Of a stretch of 64,000 nucleotides of DNA, positions 56,551 through 64,000 are shown piece by piece. Position 1 is the first letter of the stretch; each line of letters opens with the position of its first letter. Where the stretch lies: assembly GCF_009914755.1 (NCBI RefSeq), contig NC_060927.1; one strand, 5' to 3'. Below the pieces are notes generated by a model that made no database searches, was not told where the DNA came from, and was given only the letters and a program-made list of their open reading frames with translations. The stretch is from the human T2T-CHM13v2.0 reference genome, Homo sapiens. Position numbers and translations under genes: made by a program.

Positions 56551-59139
56551 TAGTTTAGTTTCCACTTTCAAAAATTTTGAGGAGGTGCCTCCGACAACCA
56601 GGCCCCATGTAGGACCACTGCTGCACTGAGGTACCCTACCCCATTCCTCCCTGCATGGCCAGACCACTCCCAGCCTCCAGAGAGGGACTTGGAAACTTTC
56701 AGGAGGTGCTTCTTCTAACATTATTTGGAAAACTGGGAAGCTCTGAAAACAATCAGTAAGAGCTGGGTAGTCACTGCCCCTCTTCAGGTGGAGTCTGTGT
56801 CTTCCAGTTGGCTAGAATGCTCTACCTGGTCTGGAAGCCCTCCTCACCACCCCCCACACCCATTTTTAACTGTGGAATTGGGAGGGCTTTGTAACATGCC
56901 AACTTGGCCTGGCTGAACCATATTTTCCAGAACTCCCTGACTAGTATATTTTCCATCAGGGTGGGCCAGGAGGCAGATTCTCATCAGATTTGGAAGGAAG
57001 CAACCATTTGGACTGCTGATCTGCTGACTCACCTGATTGGCATGAAGCAGCACCTGGACCTGCAATTGCTGTGCTTTTCCCGGACTCTCCTTCAGTTTTT
57101 TCTGACTCCTGGGGCAGGTGTGTGCACGTCTAGCTCTGTGGCTAAGGGTTCCAGCTTCTACCTTCATCAGTGAGGTCAGAGACAAAAAGAATAGACACAG
57201 GTTTCAGTCTGTTGTCACGGGTCCTCCCTGTGCTAGTGGGGTTTCAGTATGCTCATGTGCTCATGGTGTTCCCCTCCTGACCACCTGCCTGTGGACTTCA
57301 AGCTCCGTCAGTCTTGGAGATACAGCCTTACAGAAACTGCTTAATCAGCCCCTACAATTGTGCAAGCCAGTTCCCTGGTTTTCCTTCTCCATTGAGTTGA
57401 CATGGGAACCTGAAGCCCTGCTGACTTCTCCGGCCTCATGCCCTGTCACATTGCCCCCACTGCTTTTACCACTACACCTTTCACCATTCCCCAAACCCAG
57501 CAGCCTGTGCTACTGTGGGGCTTCCAGTCTGGAATGTCCCTACCAGGAACTTTCTGGTTTATCTGTCCTTCTCCTGCAAGTGACTGAGTCCCATCGCTGC
57601 CTCTGCTCCCATTCACCCCTAGCTTGGCACAGTCCAAGAGAAGGGGCCCAATCCAGTAGGTGTTGAATGAATGACTGTGGACTAACCCCTTGGCATATGA
57701 GATGTTTTGTTCTCCCATACCTCTGCAAGTATCACCGCCCCCAGCTTGCAAGTGTGAGTAGCCCTAACAGCAGTTGCTGTGGGGAGAGCCAGGACTTCTT
57801 TGCCTCCTCATAACTGGTGGAGCTGCTGGAAGAGCTAATATGCCCTGGGCCACATCACCCAAGATCTGATGACTGGGACAGTGAGATAGCAGTACCCCTT
57901 GTGCTAAGAGCTCAGACCCTTCCCAACAGTCCCTGTGCTCAGCTCCAAGCCCTGCCCTGGCAGACAGACAGCTTTAGACCAGGTTGGTCTAGGGACATTG
58001 ACTGAGTGGAGATCCCTTTCTACCAGTCACTAAGGCTACACACCCTGGGATGGGGCCTTTGCAGTGTCTGCAGAGCTGTCCTGGGGCCAGGGAGAAGGCA
58101 GATTGGGGGACCCAGAAGGCAGAGGTGAGATGTTGAGGCTCACAGGGAGGAGGCAACATCGCAAGCAGAGTAGCCCTGGCGACAGATAGGGTGCTAACCC
58201 CAGGGGGATTCAAGGGATTGGGGGTGCAGAGGCTGGAGGTCTTGGCCAGAGACAGTGTGATCAGACTCTGCCTAGTTAGCAGATGAATGATTTTTAAGTC
58301 TTTCTTAGCACCATTTACGTATGAGGAAACTGAGACTTGGGGAGAACAATCTTGCTTGCCCCAGACCCAAAGATCATAGTGGAGATAGGCCCACTATGGT
58401 AGCTTCTAGCAGGGGCCTGCTCCCACCTGCCCCCTCCTAATATTTAATACTAATCCACACTGGGCTGCAGAGGAGAGCTCAAGCCTGGGCTGTCTTGCAC
58501 ACAAGTCCTTTGCCTCCTTGCTGTACCAGGGTCACCTCCTCTAGAAAGCCCTTCTCCTTAGCCTCACAGTGTTAAGTGCCTTCAATGTTCAACTGGAATT
58601 GAGGCTTCTTGAAGCCAAGTCCAGGAGACACAGTAAATAAATGGTGGATCCTGGACTCCCCAGCCCACTGTAGGAGCTGAGCATCAGGGCAGAAAAATAC
58701 AGGCTTTGGAGCTACATAGAGCAGGTTTGAATCTTGACCTGGCTGTTGGCCTCCCAGAGTCTCAGCAACTGCATCAGTAAATCTGGCTCTTGAACACCCT
58801 TTTTCAAGATTGGGGTTGTTTTGAGGTTGAGATCAGGCCTGTGAGTCCTCAGAGCACCAGGCACAGTGAGTACTCAGGTGTGGTTGGTTGTGGTCATATG
58901 GCATCAACTTAGGGTCACCTCTCAGGGATGTGGTGACCTACTCTGTGAACCCCACAGTAGCACAGGTCGCATAAAGTCAGAAAGCCACCCAGCTGAAGGG
59001 GCCAAGTGAGCAAGCTGGGAAAAAGGGAGGGGAAGGGCCTATGGGCAGAGAATGGGACACTAGAAGGGTGGTTCAGAGGAAGAGCAATTTGAAAGGACGA
59101 CAAGGTCCAGGATGGGCATGTGGGGAGGGTTAGGTGAGT

Positions 59140-59590
59140 CACTCCTTTGAGTGAGAGACCAGGATGCAAGCAACAGAAACCCCAAACTAATGTATGCAAA
59201 AAGCAATGTATAGGCTCATAGGATAGTCAGGGCTATCCAAGCTGCAGGCATGGCTTGATCCAGAAGCTCCATTAATGTCATTAAGCATCTGTCCATTTCC
59301 TGGCTCCAATTTTCTCTATCTTGGCTCCTTATTCAGGGGGGCTTTCCCTATATGTTGACAAAGATAGTCACTGGCAACTCTGGACCCATGTCCCTAAAAT
59401 TTAGTGATCCTAGCAAAAGAGCACCTCTTTCTCAGCAGTTCCAGGGAATTCTGTCCCAGGATTGACTTTCATTGAACTCACTGGATCAACAACCCATTTC
59501 TGACCTAATCAGTGTGGCCAAGTGAATAACAGACTGAACACTTATTGGCCAGGTCTTGAGTCATGTGACCACCCTGGGGCTGGGTTCCCA
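59140..59590. mobile_element. Old MLT1-like LTR
   Basis: gcaagcaacagaaaccc...caggcatggcttgatccag...ttggccaggtcttgagtcatgtgaccaccc. Confidence 0.6.
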
Positions 59591-61584
59591 AGGGAAGCTC
59601 ACAATATTATCAGCAAAGTGGATGGCCTGTCTCACTGAGGGCTGGTCTACTGGGTGCCTTTTAAGTGCTCTTGGAGGGTGCAAGCCTCAGGGTGGGGAAG
59701 ACAGCAAGCTGGGGCCCATGCCAAGGAATGAAGAGTGGGTGACAAGAGGCAGGGGTGGGAGGTAGCACCAGAGGAGGCAGCCACTAGTGGAGGCAGGTGG
59801 TGTGAACAGCAAAGGATAGATTTTGGTGAGAAATATGGAAAGGCAATGAGGAATAAGGACAGCCCAAAGCACACTTTGGGGCACTGGATTTAGCTGGCCA
59901 GCAGCACCATCTCTTTAGAATCCTGGGTATGCCAAGGCCTCTCCTGGACCCTAGCTCCTGGTGGCCTATTGGCTGGCCCTGCAAGGAGTATGGGACAGGC
60001 CTGGGCTGGCACTTGGACATGATGAGATGGCCTCAAAGGACAGATGGTCAGCAAGGTGGAGGCCTTGGTTAGGGAGAAAGGTTCAAGGAGGGATGAAACT
60101 CAGTGTTCATGGAGCACTTGAACAGGCAGGCAGGAAGGAGCAGTGTCCACAGAGGACAAATGTCTGAGGCCTTGGTGCCCATGGCCCCTGCTGCAGCCCT
60201 CCTCAGCCCTCTCTGAACCCCAGAACCACCTGGGGATCTGGTCAGAAGGCTGATTCCCAGGCCTAGCCCCAGAGATTCAGATTTGGACAACTGGGACATG
60301 ATCTGGCAGCAGGTGTGGAGCTGCCAGCCTAGGCCTACCTGCCTCCTAGGTGCCCACAGGCCCCCAGACCCCAAACAGCCACAGCCATGTGTGTCCTGAT
60401 GATAGTACCTCTGCCCTCATCATTCACCATCTCCACACTAGCCAGGGAGCTTGGGCAGGGCAGGCACCTGGACTGGTTTTGTCTACTGCTGTGTCCTCAG
60501 AGCTTGGCCCAGGACAGGGCAGGTAGGACTCCCACTGGCACCTGGCTCTGCAGTTCAGTGAGGCAGGAAGCAGCAGGGAGGAAGCCACAATGGGTTATGA
60601 AGATTTGCAGAGGGAATGGAGTGGCAACTCACCCAGGCGGCAGAGAGGTCTGCCAGGCCCAGATCAGGGGTAGCAGCAGGCCTGGGCTCCTCTCCAGCAA
60701 TGCTCCCTCCTCTCCAGTCTATGGCCAGGAGGTCCTGCCTCCACCTGTAGTTTCTGCAATTTCTTACACAGAGGGTAAAACGAGCTCTCCTGCATTCTCA
60801 CCTAACTCCAGTCACTCACGCTGGTATGAGTATATATCCACTGTTTCAGAAGCTTCCCTGTTTCCACTGCCCTTGGGGGCCTGTTTTGCAGTTGTCCATT
60901 TTTAGGGACATCTGTTAGAATAGACCTTGACCTATTGCCCAACTGGACAGACAACTATCCCACATGCTGGATACCAGAATGTCCCAGGGCTGGAGATCCT
61001 TCTGCTCCTACTAATTTTCCCAGCAATCCTTTGGGTCCCGTTTGCACTCTAGCTTAACCAATAGGCTCAGAGACAGCAAATACCCTTCTGAGACCACACG
61101 TTGGATTGTGGTCAGGAACTCCACTCTCTGGCCACCACACTTCGTCCTGGTCACATCTCACTCTAACCCTCGCTGGAGTCAGAATGACTAAGTTTACAGG
61201 CCAGTCTGGTGTGACTTTGTAAGAACTACCTCTCTGGAGGCCAAGTTTAGGTCCCTGACCATTAACTCTGAAAACCCATTAATCCCCCCTCCTCTCCCCT
61301 CCCCCATCCCGCTCCCCGCAATGGCCGATGGACCCCCTGTGGGGGCAGATAGATCCATCCCTCCTAAGGGACCGATCCTGTCTATCTCCCTGTCCCAGGT
61401 ACTTTAAGTTCGTCCCAAGCCAGCAATTCCCACCCCTTGCTGAAGGCCCCTGGCTCCAGGCCTACCCTGGCCAACAGATCTGGGGTATAAGGACCCGAGG
61501 GGCCCGCCATCCAACCCCGCGTGCCGAAGGCGCCCATCCCTATTCCACTCAGATTAAACGAGAGAGGCTGAAAGGTTTAAACGC

Positions 61585-61590
61585 TTTATT
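61585..61590 (-). terminator. H1-10: H1-10 polyadenylation signal
   Basis: TTTATT on + strand (AATAAA on -), about 470 nt after the stop; no histone stem-loop seen, consistent with a replication-independent variant. Confidence 0.88.
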
Positions 61591-62058
61591 GTGCCCAAAA
61601 AAAGGCCCATGGAATGAAGGGAAGAGCCGCGCAGCCCTGAGCCCGGAGCGATTGTTTGTCGCGCACCCAAAGGCAAGGAGGGTGGGGAGCTGGGAAAGGA
61701 TGCGCGGCCTCCGCGTCCCCGCGCGCCTGGGCCCGGCCAACCAGCGACCCCGCCCGGTGGGCAGGCGCGGCCTCGGCCATCGGCGCCTAGGGGCCAGTAA
61801 CCATGACGACGGCCGTTGCCAAGGCCGAGAGCCAATAGAGGCGTCGCCGGGGCTGTTTCAAAAACCTAAAGCAAACAACGAAAAACGCTACATCGTTGGG
61901 GGAGGGGAAAGACTGAGAGGACCCGGGGCCCCTCCCTGAGGCTCAGACCAGGCCTCGCGGCCCCGGCCGGCGTGAGCCGTACAAAATCTACGTCACTTGG
62001 GGTAGAAAAACAAAAACACCGAAAAGCCCACGCCGGCCGCTCTGACCGGCCGACACGC

Positions 62059-62700
62059 TCACTTGCGGCCCTTGGGCACTTTGGGGACGCTGGGCTTGGC
62101 CGCCTTCTTCACCTTCTTGCCCCCGGCGGCCGCCGTCTTCTTGGCCTTGCCGCCTTTGTCCTTCTTGGCGCCAGCGCCCTTCTTGTGCGAGCGCTGCTCC
62201 GGCTTCTGGCCCCTGGCGGGCTTCTTGTCCGCGCGCCGGGAGCCGGCCGCGCCCGGGGCTGCCTTCTTCGCTTTGTGCGCGGTGGGGGCCGGGGCGGTGG
62301 CGGCCGCCGGGGCTCCGCGCCGCTCCCCGCCGCCCTCCAGCTTCTTGCGGTTGAGCTTGAAGGAACCGTTGGCGCCGGTGCCCTTCACCTGCAGAAGCGT
62401 GTCGTTCTGCACCAGCGCCTTGATCGAGTACTTGAGGTAGGTGCGCCCATTCTGCTGGTCGAACCACGGAACCTTCTTGGCCTCGGTGTAGATCTTGGCC
62501 AGCGACGAGCCGTTGCGCTCGCCCAGCCTACGGATGGTCTCCACCACCAGCTGGCTGTACTTGCCCGGCTGGTTCTTCTTCTTGCTATTCTTCCTCTTCT
62601 TAGATGGGGACAACGCCGCCGAGCCGCCAGCCTTGGTCACCTTCTTGGCCATTCCCTCGGCGGTCGTCACTGGCAGGGCCTCCTCGAGCTCCACGGACAT
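62059..62700 (-). CDS. H1-10: Linker histone H1.10 (H1x), intronless, 213 aa
   Basis: [20 protein letters not shown]...; H1/H5 globular domain ([25 protein letters not shown]...[15 protein letters not shown]) and Lys/Ala-rich tail; context gctaccATG. Confidence 0.98.
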
Positions 62701-64000
62701 GGTAGCAAGAGGATTGGTGGCGGGCGGCGCGCGGAAGCCGGGGGGCCGCGCCGGGAAGAGGAAGGCGAGGGGCCGAGGGGGTGCAGGGGGGCTGGGGGCG
62801 CGCGGCGGCTCCAGGCGGGAGCGGCCGCGGCCGGGCCTGGGGCCGGGCGGCAGGGCTGGGGTGGGGGCCGGGCCGGGCCGGAGCGAGGGTTGGGGGGCCC
62901 GGAGCCGGGGCCGGACTAGGGGACCGAGTTGGGGGTCAGAGACCGAGTCCGAGCCGGCGGCTGGAGCTGGGGACGTAGACCTAGGTCGAGCCGGAGCGAA
63001 GAGAAATCCCGCCGAACGCGAGACACCGCCGCCGCAGCTTCCACTGGCGCCTCTGGAACTCGCTGGGCGTGCGCGCTGCGCTCTGGCGGGAGGGCGCTTC
63101 TCTCGGCTTTTTATAGCTTCATGGCGGACCACGTTGAGAACAACAACAGCCTGGTCCGGGGCCAGCGCCAACTTGTGCTTCTTGGAGCCCCTTCTCCGGC
63201 CGCTGGCTTCTCGGACCGCGCCTCTCCAGCGCCGCCGCGCCCGCAGCGGGGCGCCCCGGACAGGGCCTGAGCTCCCGGCGCAGTGGAGAGGCGACTTGCG
63301 TCCTGGAAGGGCTCAGCAAAGGCGAACGGAGAGGTGCACCCTAGGCTGCGGGAGCGCGAGAGGAGGGGGGCACCTCGTTTGGAGGCCAATAGCGCGGGCC
63401 CCAGAGGAGGCCCCACGGCCGGGAGCTTGGCGGCCGGCAGCCCAGAGAACGCCACGGGCACCCGAGCCTTGTCCCGGCCCGGGGGGCTCCAGGCCTGCCC
63501 GCAAGAGGAGCTTTAATTTGTCCAAACTAACACAGGGCGCGCCCTCACGTGGTCGGCTGGGGCAACGTGAACTGCGCTAGGACATCCTCGGGGGTTTTCC
63601 GCCCCATCCAAAGGGGATGGCGGATGGGAGGCACTCTCCAGCTGCACCCCGGGTTCTGGTTGTGCCTCTGGGAGCCTAGGCACAACCCGGGGAATGGAGG
63701 ACTACGGCAGGACCTCTCTAGGGACACTGCCTCGCCGCTCCCCCCACCCTGTTGCCGCTGATGTTCCCAGGGCCTCATTTTGTAATCCACAAGTAGCTGC
63801 CGCCGGTCCCCCCAAAGCCAAATGGGGGCTCCAGGGTGGGACAGGGTGGGCGGGGGTGAGGCTGTGACACCCAGAGGAATTCCTGTGAGAGGATGGGGAA
63901 GGGATTCGCTCTTAGTTCCTGGGTGCACCCCTCCCCCTCTCCCGTGCACAGGGAAATGATGGCGGGAACACAGCAAAGGAGACCATGTCCTGGAGAGGGT
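62200..64000 (+). ncRNA. H1-10-AS1: 5' part of antisense lncRNA (H1-10-AS1 / H1FX-AS1); boundaries uncertain
   Basis: Mainly recalled annotation of the locus; sequence support is limited to the CpG island and + strand splice-like signals at 62436 and 63116. Confidence 0.35.
63108..63115 (-). promoter_or_regulatory. H1-10: H1-10 TATA box
   Basis: GCTATAAAAAG on - strand within a GC-rich island; implies a TSS near 63085. Confidence 0.85.

Larger units (their letters stand above)
61600..63570. promoter_or_regulatory. CpG island covering the H1-10 gene and its promoter
   Basis: High CpG density across 3' UTR, CDS, leader and upstream region; CCAAT at 63386-63390; E-box CACGTG at 63546-63551. 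Confidence 0.9.

Noticed and set aside
57118-57666. 182-aa + strand ORF in the intergenic region
   Set aside because: Non-ATG start, no domain and no supporting promoter or splice context
61328-61939. 203-aa + strand ORF overlapping the H1-10 3' end
   Set aside because: GC-rich antisense frame with no recognisable protein features
61560-62058. Histone 3' stem-loop
   Set aside because: No GGCTCTTTTCAGAGCC-type hairpin found; AATAAA is present instead
61972-63580. 315-aa and 361-aa + strand ORFs opposite H1-10
   Set aside because: Antisense shadows of a GC3-rich histone CDS and CpG island; non-ATG starts

Overview
Mammalian genomic DNA, recognised from the encoded proteins as the human COPG1-HMCES-H1-10 locus (3q21.3; the location is from prior knowledge, not from the sequence). 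The + strand carries the last 19 coding exons of COPG1 (coatomer gamma-1; 1467-24222, all GT-AG, frame continuous to TAA). About 1 kb downstream are the CpG-island promoter and complete gene of HMCES (SRAP-domain abasic-site shielding protein, 354 aa, CDS 26532-51623, one GC-AG intron). The - strand carries the intronless, polyadenylated linker histone gene H1-10/H1FX (CDS 62700-62059, 213 aa) inside a second CpG island. Introns are dense in repeats: about 55 Alu copies or fragments by manual count, many nested, plus MIR, L2, L1, MaLR/LTR, hAT and Tigger fossils. Repeat subfamily calls and boundaries are approximate. I see no new gene system. The most interesting unexplained signals are (1) a stop-free, AUG-free H1-10 leader with in-frame CUGs, (2) an H1-10 TATA box that reads as a splice acceptor on the antisense strand, with a matching donor and a small ORF, (3) a sevenfold GAGGCGACGCGG motif array at the HMCES start, (4) a GC donor splitting the HMCES Arg212 codon, and (5) a promoter-like element inside the long HMCES 3' end.
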